Below are positions 1-9,144 of a stretch of DNA of 64,000 nt, piece by piece. Source of the stretch: an uncultured Gammaproteobacteria bacterium (GTDB lineage Bacteria; Patescibacteriota; Patescibacteriia; Patescibacteriales; WJLG01). Numbering within the stretch: position 1 is the first letter of the stretch; each line of letters opens with the position of its first letter. Below the pieces are notes generated by a model. It made no database searches. It saw nothing but the letters and a program-made list of their open reading frames with translations, and was not told the origin of the DNA. Location of the stretch: positions 82,632 through 146,631 of the forward strand of contig CAZJPG010000001.1 of NCBI GenBank assembly GCA_964547855.1, in the 5' to 3' direction. The position numbers and the translations under genes are program-made.

Positions 1-495
1 GTTAACGCCTAAAACCGATAGATCCAAATAAACCGGGAAGTTAGTGAAATCACCATCCACCTGACCATCTAAAGCCGTCAAACGAGTGCGATATTTATAA
101 CTGGAGTTAAACCACTTAGTCGAAGAGGCTGTGGTGTTGCGCCAAACCTTCGAAGTACAGGAATTGTATGGGGTATTATTTTCACAAGCATTGGCCGGCT
201 GATCGGTAGAAGTCAAAAGGGACGAGGCGTTAGCGATAAATTGATAATACAAATCGACGTTGTTTTTATCCACGTCAGACGAAGTGGCGTAAAGATGGAC
301 AGTTTGAGTGTTTATCCAAGATTGGTTGGGGTAATTCGACCCAGTCGTCGTGGCCGCACCGTATTGTCCAAGACTTGAAGGATTAGCTGGCACGGCGGCA
401 ATGGCGATCCAAACACCGACGAATAGCAAAAAACCGACGGCCAAGGCCGCTGTTAGAAGAGTTTTTTTATTCGTATTGGTGAAAAACTTAAACAT
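1..495 (-). CDS. Membrane-anchored surface protein, N-terminal 165 aa only (gene runs off the left edge); DUF2341-like opening
   Basis: Absent from the ORF track because it has no stop in the window. ATG is at 495-493, and I checked all 165 codons down to nt 1 and found no stop. MFKFFTNTNKKTLLTAALAVGFLLFVGVWIAIAAV is an N-terminal TM/signal anchor. ...YKYRTRLTALDGQVDGDFTNFPVYLDLSVLG resembles the start of DUF2341 domains. Confidence 0.6.
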   Translation of the reverse strand, partial: MFKFFTNTNKKTLLTAALAVGFLLFVGVWIAIAAVPANPSSLGQYGAATTTGSNYPNQSWINTQTVHLYATSSDVDKNNVDLYYQFIANASSLLTSTDQPANACENNTPYNSCTSKVWRNTTASSTKWFNSSYKYRTRLTALDGQVDGDFTNFPVYLDLSVLGVN

Positions 496-605
496 TTAAC
501 TATTTCCCCTTGTTTCTAAATCTCAAATTTACGAACCATGCCATTCTTTTATGTGGACAGGATCCAAATCTTACTAGAGCAAGTTACTCTTAATTCTTAA
601 TTGAA

Positions 606-3600
606 CTATCCTCCGCCATCGTCATTTCTCCATCGATAATGGATTTGATCGAGCCAAGTCTTTCTGACCTGGAAAATATCAGGATAAGTATCCTCGTCTG
701 TGTGAACAGGAATGTCGGTGTCAGATGAATAAAGTTGCGCGGAATAATCAGTCGAAGTAGCGACAAAATTCTTACTAAAGATCAATTTGAAATAAAGATA
801 GCAGGTCCCGTCCGAACAGTCTGAATAACTTGATCCGTCGACCGAAGCCATGCTATTAGCATCGGTCCCCACTTCAGAGAAATCATCGCCCGCCCTGTCC
901 CACTTAAATTGCAAATCATCGAATGGCGCGGAATTATCACTGGAATTAGCCATGCGCAATATCACATAATCAAGGGCGCCCCATCCATCACTGTCTTGCA
1001 CCTGGGCGCGGAAAGTGAAAATTCCATCGGCCACAGCTATATTAGTAGAAGTCCCTAATGATTGCGGATCCATGAAAACTAAACCCTTATTGGTTACGAT
1101 GCCATCGGTCGATCCAGTCACTTCAGTAGACGACGTCTTGTTACCGTAGGCGTCATAAGCCCAAAGATTAAAGACATAATTACTCCCCTGCACTAGACCA
1201 GTGACCATAGTAGACGTGGCGCCACCAAAATCATAGGCATCCAAGTAAACTGAATCATGTTCATCATTGGCCTTGGTCACACCCGAAGTGCCAAGTTTGT
1301 AAAAGATCTTATAAGCATTCGATCCTGGCTCGCTATCATCTACGGCACGCTGTGAATATGGTAAAGATAAAAGTATTGAATCATAGGCGGTATCGATTAT
1401 AGCCATATTGCCAGCTGCCTGTGGAGGGGCATTATCTATCGAGATCGTGGTAGTAGCCGGGATTAACTGATCATCAGAACCGTCGTTCGCGGTCAATCGT
1501 AAGCAATAAGTACCAGTGGCCAGCCCCACATCATCCTTAGACAGCCAGCTAAAACTGACAGTATTAGGTCCGGCCGATGTCAGTATAAAGAATGATGTAG
1601 TACCGATTTGATAAGATTCATTATTATCGGCCTGAACAGAACCGAAACTAGAAACGATACTTGTCAGATCAATAGTATTTTTAGAAGGAGAGGAAAAATC
1701 ACAATGTCCACTACCAGGATAAACCGAATACTCCAGCTTAGCGCGCACAGTATTATCATCATTGGCGTCATCGACCTCTATCGATACATTAACCGAACCA
1801 GAGCCATCAGTTTCCTGTGTGACAGAATTGAAATAAGCTATCGGCGCATCATTGGCTATCACCTGCAGGGGCGATGTCGAGCTGGCCTTATTTCCATTAT
1901 CGTCATAAGCAAAAATATTGAACACATAAATAAGACCTGATGTCAGTCCAGTAACGGTAGTAGTCGCCGCACCGTTAAATTCAATATTCGACAGGTTAGC
2001 ATCGGACGACGAACCCCAAGCGTAATCATTTTCGGTCACAGGATTGCCGTCATACACCTTGTAAAATATCTTATACTCTGAAAAATGATTTTCTGTACTA
2101 GTAGCTCCCAAATCCAGAGAGGCTGTACTTCCAGTCTTACGAGACAACGTCAAAGGTCCTGGCATGGTCGGAGCCACATTGTCTATAGCTAAAGACGTCG
2201 TCGCTGGAACAGTTTGATCGTTTAATTGATCGTTAGCCGTCAATTTCAAACAATAAGTCGCATCGGCATTAGGAATATCCGCCTTAGAGTCCCAAGACAG
2301 CAGAACCGTATTAGTTCCAGATGCTGTCTTGATCCAACCAGTCGACGTTCCGATCTGATAAGTATCTTTGATGTTAATTTTTGGATCTCCGAAGTCAGCG
2401 GTAGTGGAAGCATCAGTCTCGGACAAGGTCGGTCGAAGCGGAGAGCCATGACAATTGGCATCGGCATAATATTCCAATTTAGCTCGGCAATCATCATTGG
2501 TGGAGTCGTCTATTTCAATGGAAACATCTACTCGTCCAGTGCCGTTAACCTTAAGGGAGGCCGAATTGAAGGAACCAGTTGGTGGCCCCTTGATCTCGTG
2601 AGCACCAAAAGAAAGCAACGGTGCAGGATAGGCATATTTACGAGCTTGGACAGCACCCCAAAGGTTTGTCTCGTCACCACCGGCATAACCAGTAGCTTCT
2701 ATGTCTTCATAATAGACGCCGAAAGGTTTTCCAGAAGAAGAGAAGATGCGCGATCCAGCCTGATACGACAAAGCATCATCAGCACCAAAGCGAACCATGC
2801 CAGGATAACGTCCGCTTTGTGGCGTGCAAGTAGAGCTAGCGACAAAATAATTATCTTGATCATAGACATTGATCACAAGCGTTCCGGTCTCTGGAGAACA
2901 AACGACATCCACATAAGCGGCATCGGTCGGTAACATATACTCCGAATTGAACTCTCGAAAAGGCAAGAACATAGTTTCCTGACGTCCATCGCTATCGTCT
3001 TGTTGTATAGACGATAAGGAACCGCTCTTGATATCAAGTCTAACGGCATTACCATTGCCCTCTACTCCACCAGAACAAGTAGTATTGTTCTGTCTTGACC
3101 CAGCGGCCATATTAGAGACAGAAGAAGAAGCTCGCGACGAGCACAAAATGTCAAAGGACGAAAGACTATGAGCAGCGATAATGTTGTACTGCGACTTGAC
3201 ACCAAAGAGATCTTCGCCGGTCGGCGGATAAGCCACAATGCCATCACCAGGGAAGTTAGTCGTTAAAGAGACTAGGACTGGGGCAGTGACTGAAATAATG
3301 GCCAAAGAATCAGTGGCAATGCTATTGATCACTGTCCTTGAATGACCGGAGACTATCGACTGTTGCCATTCCTGACTAGCCCCATCATACAAAGTCACAG
3401 TGGCATCGGACAGCACCGGCAAAAAATTAAATATCTCTAGGTCGCGATCGAATGGCAAAGTAAAATCTGTAGCCGCAAAAGATATCGGCGCGGCTGGCGG
3501 CGTAGCTGGACCACCTGAAACCTTAACGGCGATAGGTCCCTTGGCGCTGATCGTCGAGGAAGCGGTATAAGTAGTGAAAAAAGTTTTTCCTTGTCTATCA

Positions 3601-6575
3601 AGATTGACACTAGAACCTCCATCCACCTGAACTGAATTACCGTCTATTAAACTGACGACCTCTATGCTAGTGGAAGTTGCGGCCGAATTCACAAAATAAA
3701 CGCCTTGAACCGAAGAATAAGTGAATGGAGCATATTGATCGGAGGTGGTTGTAGCGGAAGAATTACCATAATACAGATATATCTTGGTCGTGGAAGCTGC
3801 CGGAACAGATGGAACTTTAACCCAAAACTTAGCCGAAGAAGCGGTGCGGTCAAAAGTTTGAGTCCAGAAATCCAACTCACTGGTCTCTGAATAATCAAGG
3901 AAACGTATATCTCCTCCATCGGTCCTGATATTGCGCCAAAGATCGGCCGTAGTAGACGATACCTGTATGTACACCTGCTGATCGGTCAAAGTCTGAGAAC
4001 CAGAACGATTGTCGACGGTTATTGGCATTCTAAAATTCCAACCTGAATTCCACCATGGATCCAAAAGGCCATAGCCGTCTTTATCGCCGACTGCTTCGAT
4101 GTAGAACTCTCCTTCGCTATTCGGTGAAAAATATATCGAAGCCTTATAATAGCGAACTTCGCCTGGAGCTATCAGATCCACGCTATCAAGGGTCGATCTA
4201 TCAACTTCAAGTTCGTCCGGCACATCTTTTGTCTGAGGACCTAAGGCCAAGATCTTATCCAAGAAACCCTTATCGGTCGATATCGGGAAATTACTCAAAG
4301 GAACCTCGGCCCAGCGATGTTTATAACGAACCTCTTGGCGAACGCCGGAGCGATATTCCTCTATTCTGCAATAACGGCGATTAGGGCTTACTTGATCGCA
4401 AACCCTGCTTTCACCGGTCGGATAACATTCGTAGTGATCATCTCTAGCGTCCCAACCATTATCACACTCAAAGACCGCTGGCTCGTAATAAGGGACCTCG
4501 GTTATATATGGCGAATTCTTGATCAGCTTTTTAAGACTGGCTACTCCGGATGTCGCCGAAGGGAAATAAAATTGTAAATTTATCTCCTCGTCACGAACAC
4601 CGACGTTCTCGACGCTAAAATAGACATCGGCATTGGAAAGCCCGAAATAACTTTTCTTATTGGTACGAATGATCAAATTCTCGTCTACATTATCATCGGT
4701 ATTTTCAAGATATATCCTTTGACCATCAATATCCAGAAAGTCCTTATCAGAAGAAGTAGAAACTCTTTCTATTGGAGGAGCTTTGACCTGATCATAGTCG
4801 GCCTCGACCCAAACGGCATCGAGATAGAAAAAATAATTTTCTCCTAAAGGAGTCTTGCCTTGGAATTTTATTTTCAAATTATCTATATCCTTCCACTTTT
4901 TAAGGAATGGAGCTGGCAAGAGCAAATAACCTCCATCTTCGGCATTGGACAAATCTCCAGCAGGAATGGAATAAAGCTCTTCCCAAGATTGATCTTCGGT
5001 CGAAGTCGAAAGCGAATACCAAACGACAATTTTATCTTCGCGTTGTTCTTCCTGTGCCTTAGCTTCCCTTAAACCGATGATATTAAAAAGCTTGCTGATT
5101 GGCGACTCCGATTCTGTGCTTGGTGCAGACTCTTGCGCCGGCTCTGGTGCTTGTTCTGAAGGCTGAACGACTTCTTCCGCTGATGATGGAGAGTCTATTG
5201 TTTCACTCTCTACCACGGTATTGGTATCGATCGTAACCTCGTTAGTGACAGTATCACTGCTACCCTGTTCGCCATTAAAATCATTCGAAACTACCGAATC
5301 GCTACCAACATCCCCAGCCGATGTCGCATCGTTAACACTAACATCTTCAACGGATGATTCGCCTTCGACATCAACATTACCGGCACTAGTAGACGTATCA
5401 TCGATTTCTGGTTGATCGGTCTGGTCGACTTGTTGTTCAGTGGTTTCAATGATTTCGCTTTCACCAGTGATCGCGCTAGCGTCCTGCTCCGCATTATCCC
5501 AGGCCTTATTGAAAGAAGCTAAAGATATTTTTATACGTGCCGAGCGGAAACGCCCAAAGGTTTCGTCGCGGTCATCGGTCTCAAGCAAATCTTGAGCCAT
5601 GGCTGGAGCTGGCAAAAAGACCTTGGCTAATTCCTTAAGGAAAGCATCGGTCTTAGATACTGGACCATCTACGACCGGCTCAGATGAAGACGATGAAATA
5701 TCGGCTACTGGTTCAATGTCCTCATTAATTGGCAAATGATTGCCAACTTCTTCGATTACCTGATCTTCCGTTACCGGCGTGGCATCCTCTTCGGCCTGAA
5801 CATCTGAAGATGACGAATCTAAATTTTGATCTAATTGTTGAACTTCTCCCATTCCTTCGCTAGAAACGATAGGCTCTATGGCCGAAGTATCGATACTGTC
5901 ATCGGAAGACGATGAAATAATAACAACCGATTCAGGGGAAGACGTCGATATGATCGACTCCTTGGTAGAAGTCCCTGTCGAAAATTCAGTGGATGAGGCT
6001 TTGATATCTTCTGTGAATATTTCCTTAAGAGCCGATTCGGATGTGGATGCGAAATCATCTTGCTCGCCTTCTTGCTGAGCCACTTCGGTGCGAATGAATT
6101 CGCGGGTAGTAAAATTCTCAGCGATCAAAGAATAATCGCCACCTTCATAGATGGCCGAATTCTCGGAATTGAAATCATCACGACCACCAACAGGAGCAAC
6201 CTCAGCTTCGCCCAAGACGCGATCGACCCCCGACCATCCACCACGCTCCTCAGCACGAACGGTGTTGGCAAAAAATTCAACGTGCGCAGTCTTCTGATCG
6301 AACGCGGAAAAAGCTTGTCTCAAGACAAAGACCGAAGCCACTAAACCAATGACATAAAACAGCAAAGGGATCGTGCGCAAAAATTCCCCATGAGCACCAG
6401 CCTTGGACTGAACAATTTTTTTATCCTCTGGCTCAATTATTTTTTCATCGCAATTTTTTTCAGACTTGTTTCTAAAACGTAAAACGCTCCCCTTCATCGC
6501 TGAAGGAGAAATATCAAAAACCAGAGGCTTTTTTCTTTTCTCGATTGTAGGGTTTTTCCCCTTTGCCATATACAT
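606..6575 (-). CDS. Giant (1989 aa) membrane-anchored surface protein with an acidic Ser/Thr-rich tract, a DUF2341-like module and two Ig-like+FN3-like modules
   Basis: Single uninterrupted ORF. It has one TM helix (LRTIPLLFYVIGLVASVFVL, near aa 66-88). DUF2341-like signature: WNFRMPITVDN...DGGDIRFLD...KFWVKVPSV...KIYLYYGN (nt ~3720-4045). FN3-like segments: YKIFYKVYDG...VTGLTSGLIYVFNIFAYDDNGN and YKIFYKLGTSG...VTGLVQGSNYVFNLWAYDAYGN. Confidence 0.85.
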   Translation of the reverse strand: MYMAKGKNPTIEKRKKPLVFDISPSAMKGSVLRFRNKSEKNCDEKIIEPEDKKIVQSKAGAHGEFLRTIPLLFYVIGLVASVFVLRQAFSAFDQKTAHVEFFANTVRAEERGGWSGVDRVLGEAEVAPVGGRDDFNSENSAIYEGGDYSLIAENFTTREFIRTEVAQQEGEQDDFASTSESALKEIFTEDIKASSTEFSTGTSTKESIISTSSPESVVIISSSSDDSIDTSAIEPIVSSEGMGEVQQLDQNLDSSSSDVQAEEDATPVTEDQVIEEVGNHLPINEDIEPVADISSSSSEPVVDGPVSKTDAFLKELAKVFLPAPAMAQDLLETDDRDETFGRFRSARIKISLASFNKAWDNAEQDASAITGESEIIETTEQQVDQTDQPEIDDTSTSAGNVDVEGESSVEDVSVNDATSAGDVGSDSVVSNDFNGEQGSSDTVTNEVTIDTNTVVESETIDSPSSAEEVVQPSEQAPEPAQESAPSTESESPISKLFNIIGLREAKAQEEQREDKIVVWYSLSTSTEDQSWEELYSIPAGDLSNAEDGGYLLLPAPFLKKWKDIDNLKIKFQGKTPLGENYFFYLDAVWVEADYDQVKAPPIERVSTSSDKDFLDIDGQRIYLENTDDNVDENLIIRTNKKSYFGLSNADVYFSVENVGVRDEEINLQFYFPSATSGVASLKKLIKNSPYITEVPYYEPAVFECDNGWDARDDHYECYPTGESRVCDQVSPNRRYCRIEEYRSGVRQEVRYKHRWAEVPLSNFPISTDKGFLDKILALGPQTKDVPDELEVDRSTLDSVDLIAPGEVRYYKASIYFSPNSEGEFYIEAVGDKDGYGLLDPWWNSGWNFRMPITVDNRSGSQTLTDQQVYIQVSSTTADLWRNIRTDGGDIRFLDYSETSELDFWTQTFDRTASSAKFWVKVPSVPAASTTKIYLYYGNSSATTTSDQYAPFTYSSVQGVYFVNSAATSTSIEVVSLIDGNSVQVDGGSSVNLDRQGKTFFTTYTASSTISAKGPIAVKVSGGPATPPAAPISFAATDFTLPFDRDLEIFNFLPVLSDATVTLYDGASQEWQQSIVSGHSRTVINSIATDSLAIISVTAPVLVSLTTNFPGDGIVAYPPTGEDLFGVKSQYNIIAAHSLSSFDILCSSRASSSVSNMAAGSRQNNTTCSGGVEGNGNAVRLDIKSGSLSSIQQDDSDGRQETMFLPFREFNSEYMLPTDAAYVDVVCSPETGTLVINVYDQDNYFVASSTCTPQSGRYPGMVRFGADDALSYQAGSRIFSSSGKPFGVYYEDIEATGYAGGDETNLWGAVQARKYAYPAPLLSFGAHEIKGPPTGSFNSASLKVNGTGRVDVSIEIDDSTNDDCRAKLEYYADANCHGSPLRPTLSETDASTTADFGDPKINIKDTYQIGTSTGWIKTASGTNTVLLSWDSKADIPNADATYCLKLTANDQLNDQTVPATTSLAIDNVAPTMPGPLTLSRKTGSTASLDLGATSTENHFSEYKIFYKVYDGNPVTENDYAWGSSSDANLSNIEFNGAATTTVTGLTSGLIYVFNIFAYDDNGNKASSTSPLQVIANDAPIAYFNSVTQETDGSGSVNVSIEVDDANDDNTVRAKLEYSVYPGSGHCDFSSPSKNTIDLTSIVSSFGSVQADNNESYQIGTTSFFILTSAGPNTVSFSWLSKDDVGLATGTYCLRLTANDGSDDQLIPATTTISIDNAPPQAAGNMAIIDTAYDSILLSLPYSQRAVDDSEPGSNAYKIFYKLGTSGVTKANDEHDSVYLDAYDFGGATSTMVTGLVQGSNYVFNLWAYDAYGNKTSSTEVTGSTDGIVTNKGLVFMDPQSLGTSTNIAVADGIFTFRAQVQDSDGWGALDYVILRMANSSDNSAPFDDLQFKWDRAGDDFSEVGTDANSMASVDGSSYSDCSDGTCYLYFKLIFSKNFVATSTDYSAQLYSSDTDIPVHTDEDTYPDIFQVRKTWLDQIHYRWRNDDGGG
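1095..2590 (-). repeat. Two tandem ~740-nt (~246-aa) divergent coding repeats inside the giant gene
   Basis: Unit 1 starts at GSFNSASLKVNGTGRVDVSIEIDD (nt ~2577) and unit 2 at AYFNSVTQETDGSGSVNVSIEVDD (nt ~1838). Landmarks are colinear: RAKLEY, YQIGT, YCL(K/R)LTAND, IDN(V/A)(A/P)P, YKIFYK, VTGL, YVFN..AYD..GNK. Confidence 0.75.
5100..6070 (-). other. Low-complexity acidic Ser/Thr/Asp/Glu-rich tract (~320 aa) of the giant protein
   Basis: The translation is dominated by S, T, D, E and V runs, e.g. STSSPESVVIISSSSDDSIDTS, DSSSSDVQAEEDATP, ADISSSSSEPVVDG, DDTSTSAGNVDVEGESSVEDVS. Confidence 0.8.
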
Positions 6576-6580
6576 CTATT

Positions 6581-6589
6581 ATTATAACA
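6581..6589 (-). promoter_or_regulatory. Possible extended -10 element (TGTTATAAT) 5 nt upstream of the giant gene ATG
   Basis: The minus strand reads ...gagagTGTTATAATaatagATGTATATGGCA, so the A of ATG lies 6 nt after the -10 hexamer. No convincing -35 box was seen. Confidence 0.3.
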
Positions 6590-6840
6590 CTCTCGGGTGC
6601 CTTTTTTTAGGGTTTTACAACGATTTTTTATAATTTTTTTTTGTTTATTATTAGATAAAAAAAATTTTAACTTTACAAGCGCTAAAAAACATTTTTTAGC
6701 TTTTTTAAAAACCAAAGAAAAGATGACCAAGGATGTGGATAATTTGTGCCTAGTTTAAAAAGAAAAAACTAGCGAGAGAAAGACGAAAAAGTTGACAAAA
6801 AGTAAAAAAATAGAAGAAAAAAATAAAAATAATTCAATAC

Positions 6841-6871
6841 AAAAACAGACCCCACCCGGGGGTCTGTTTTA
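6841..6871 (-). terminator. Rho-independent terminator after groEL (sequence is symmetric, could act in both directions)
   Basis: aaaaaCAGACCCCacccgGGGGTCTGtttta: 8-bp GC-rich stem flanked by an A-run and a T-run, ~95 nt downstream of the groEL stop. Confidence 0.7.
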
Positions 6872-6963
6872 TATCTGGATAGCTAGAGTAAAAAGTTGCT
6901 ACACACCTATAAGCGACTGATATTTTGACGATGATCCCTTTAGAATTCTTTTGACCTACGATC

Positions 6964-8613
6964 TTACATTCCCATAGCCTCTCCGCCGGAGCAAGAACAA
7001 GCTTTATCGTCTTTTGGTTTCTCGACCACAACGGCCTCGACAGTTAGGAACATAATAGCGGCCGAAGCGGCATTCTCTAAAGCCGTACGTACAACCTTGG
7101 TCGGATCGACGATGCCAGCATCAAAAAGATCTTCGAATTTATCGTCCATGGCATTGTAACCAATATTGCGCCTCGTATCATCTTTGACCAAGCTGTTCTC
7201 ACGAATGATGTTGTAGAGGATCAATGATCCATCCTTGCCGGCATTCTTGGCTATCTGTTTTATTGGTTCCAAAATAGCGTTATCAATGATCCTGGCACCA
7301 GGATCGGACTCCTTTTTACCACCCAAAAGAGATGTAAAAATATCGCTAGCCTTAGCCAAGGCTAAACCGCCGCCAACAACTATACCCTCTTCCAAGGCAG
7401 CCCTAGTGGCGTGCACGGCGTCGTCTATGCGATCCTTCTTTTCTTTCATTTCTGTCTCGGTAGCAGCGCCGACTTTGATGACGGCCACACCACCAGAAAG
7501 TTTCGCTAAACGTTTTTTCAATTCATCCTTATCATAATCGGAATCAGACAACTCGATCTCTTTTTTGATCGACTCGACTCGCGAAGCGATCTCTTTAGTG
7601 TCACCCTTGCCGTCAACGACGACCGTATTATCTTTAGTGGCGATGACACGACGAGCACGACCGAGATCAGTGACCTCTACGTTCTCTAACTTTATACCCA
7701 TTTCTTCGGACACCACATTACCACCGGTCAAAATAGCGATATCTTCAAGCATGGACTTGCGACGGTCGCCAAAACCAGGAGCCTTGATCCCAAGAACATT
7801 GAACACACCACGAATTTTGTTAAGGATAAAAGTTGTCAAAGCCTCGCCATCGATACTTTCGGCGATGATGACCAAATCCTTTTTACCTGCCGCGACCATT
7901 TTTTCCAAAAGAGGCAAGACCTCACCGAGAGAAGATATCTTCTTGTCGGTGATGAGTATATAAGGATCATCCATTTCAGCCTTCATAGTGTCAGCATTGG
8001 TAACCATGTGAGGAGAGACATACCCTTTATCGAACTGCATACCCTCGACGACTTCGACCTCGACACCGAACGATTGGCCTTCCTCGACAGTCACCACGCC
8101 CTCCTTACCAACCTTAGATATAGCCTCGGCTATATGAGAACCAATTTCTTTATCATTAGCCGAAATAGAGGCAACTTTGGCGATCTCTTCCTTTGTCGCA
8201 GGAATCTTCTTACTAGAGGCTTTGAGTTTTGCGACTACGTCAGCCACTTTCTTTTCGATACTGCGGCGAAGCTCGATAGGATTTACTCCTGAAGAGACCA
8301 ACTTCAATCCTTCACTAACTATCGCCTGAGTTAAAATGGTAGAGGTAGTGGTACCATCTCCAGAGACATCGTTCGTCTTAGAAGCGACTTCTTTCACCAT
8401 CTCGGCGCCGATATTTTCCAGTTTGTCATCAAGCTCGATCTCTTTGGCTACTGACACTCCGTCCTTGGTAATGGTTGGGGCGCCATAAGATTTTTCTATT
8501 ACGACGTTGCGACCTTTTGGCCCAAGAGTAACTTTTACGGCCTCGGCCAATTTATCGATGCCGTTCTTCAAGGCCTCGCGACCTTTATCAGAAAATACTA
8601 TTGTCTTGCTCAT
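6964..8613 (-). CDS. groEL: Chaperonin GroEL (60 kDa)
   Basis: 549 aa. Carries [40 protein letters not shown] and a C-terminal GGEAMGM tail. Lies directly downstream of groES. Confidence 0.98.
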   Translation of the reverse strand: MSKTIVFSDKGREALKNGIDKLAEAVKVTLGPKGRNVVIEKSYGAPTITKDGVSVAKEIELDDKLENIGAEMVKEVASKTNDVSGDGTTTSTILTQAIVSEGLKLVSSGVNPIELRRSIEKKVADVVAKLKASSKKIPATKEEIAKVASISANDKEIGSHIAEAISKVGKEGVVTVEEGQSFGVEVEVVEGMQFDKGYVSPHMVTNADTMKAEMDDPYILITDKKISSLGEVLPLLEKMVAAGKKDLVIIAESIDGEALTTFILNKIRGVFNVLGIKAPGFGDRRKSMLEDIAILTGGNVVSEEMGIKLENVEVTDLGRARRVIATKDNTVVVDGKGDTKEIASRVESIKKEIELSDSDYDKDELKKRLAKLSGGVAVIKVGAATETEMKEKKDRIDDAVHATRAALEEGIVVGGGLALAKASDIFTSLLGGKKESDPGARIIDNAILEPIKQIAKNAGKDGSLILYNIIRENSLVKDDTRRNIGYNAMDDKFEDLFDAGIVDPTKVVRTALENAASAAIMFLTVEAVVVEKPKDDKACSCSGGEAMGM

Positions 8614-8646
8614 AGATTTAAATTATTAAATTGAAAAATTTAATTT

Positions 8647-8934
8647 CTAAAGAATGGCTAAGATGTCCGACTCGCCCAAGATGAGATGAGTCTCTCCGTC
8701 GATCTCGATCTCGTCCGGAGAATATTTTTTAAAGACAACCTTATCACCGATTTTAAGAGACATCTTGGCGCATTGGCCATTCTCCAAAAGTTTGCCTGGA
8801 CCAACCGCAACCACAGTCCCTTGCTCTGGTCTACCCTTGTCCACGGTATCGGGCAAAACGATGCCAGACTTAGTGGTTTTTTCGGCTTGAGCCGGCTTGA
8901 GCACGACATTGTCGTGAAGTGGTTTTATAGACAT
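8647..8934 (-). CDS. groES: Co-chaperonin GroES
   Basis: MSIKPLHDNVVLKP...GIVLPDT...GTVVAVGPG...VVFKKY is a typical GroES. The ORF track begins at a GTG (8943). ATG at 8934 matches the usual GroES N-terminus and has aagggtg upstream. Confidence 0.93.
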   Translation of the reverse strand: MSIKPLHDNVVLKPAQAEKTTKSGIVLPDTVDKGRPEQGTVVAVGPGKLLENGQCAKMSLKIGDKVVFKKYSPDEIEIDGETHLILGESDILAIL

Positions 8935-8998
8935 AGCTTTCACCCTTATCTCTAAAATTAAATATTTAATATTAGAGATAAAAAATAAATATTTTTTA

Positions 8999-9025
8999 TT
9001 AGCACTCTTTATAGCTAAGTGCTAA
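8999..9025. promoter_or_regulatory. CIRCE inverted repeat (HrcA operator) upstream of groES
   Basis: TTAGCACTC-TTTATAGCT-AAGTGCTAA against the consensus TTAGCACTC-N9-GAGTGCTAA: left arm 9/9, right arm 8/9, exact 9-nt spacer. Confidence 0.85.
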
Positions 9026-9035
9026 ATCACCTACT

Positions 9036-9063
9036 ATCTTACCACTTGACGCCTTATTGTCAA
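9036..9063 (-). promoter_or_regulatory. Sigma70-type promoter of groES-groEL
   Basis: Minus strand: TTGACA (9063-9058), 16-nt spacer, TAAGAT (9041-9036). CIRCE follows about 10 nt downstream, the same arrangement as in Bacillus-type groESL operons. Confidence 0.55.
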
Positions 9064-9144
9064 GAAACCGATCGATCGCTATCGCTAGCGTCTTTAAAAA
9101 ACAAAAAATGACATTAGCGAACTAAGTCATTTCGATCTCGAATC

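Noticed and set aside
1608-6344. A dozen ORFs of 60-235 aa, on either strand and in other frames, nested inside the giant gene (e.g. 2226..2933 +, 1608..1940 +, 4055..4384 +, and minus-strand 2246..2497 and 5291..5494)
   Set aside because: All lie within one continuous 1989-aa ORF with clear domain content. Their translations are low-complexity, Arg/Ser/Ile-rich shadow sequences with no motifs.
6494-7031. ORFs 6494..6730 (-) and 6834..7031 (-) in the groEL-giant gene spacer
   Set aside because: The first overlaps the giant gene's N-terminus and an extremely AT-rich promoter region, giving a Lys/Phe-rich translation typical of poly-A/T. The second spans the terminator hairpin and the groEL 3' end.
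8658-8955. ORFs 8658..8909 (-) and 8686..8955 (+) overlapping groES
   Set aside because: These are alternative-frame or antisense shadows of an unmistakable GroES ORF.
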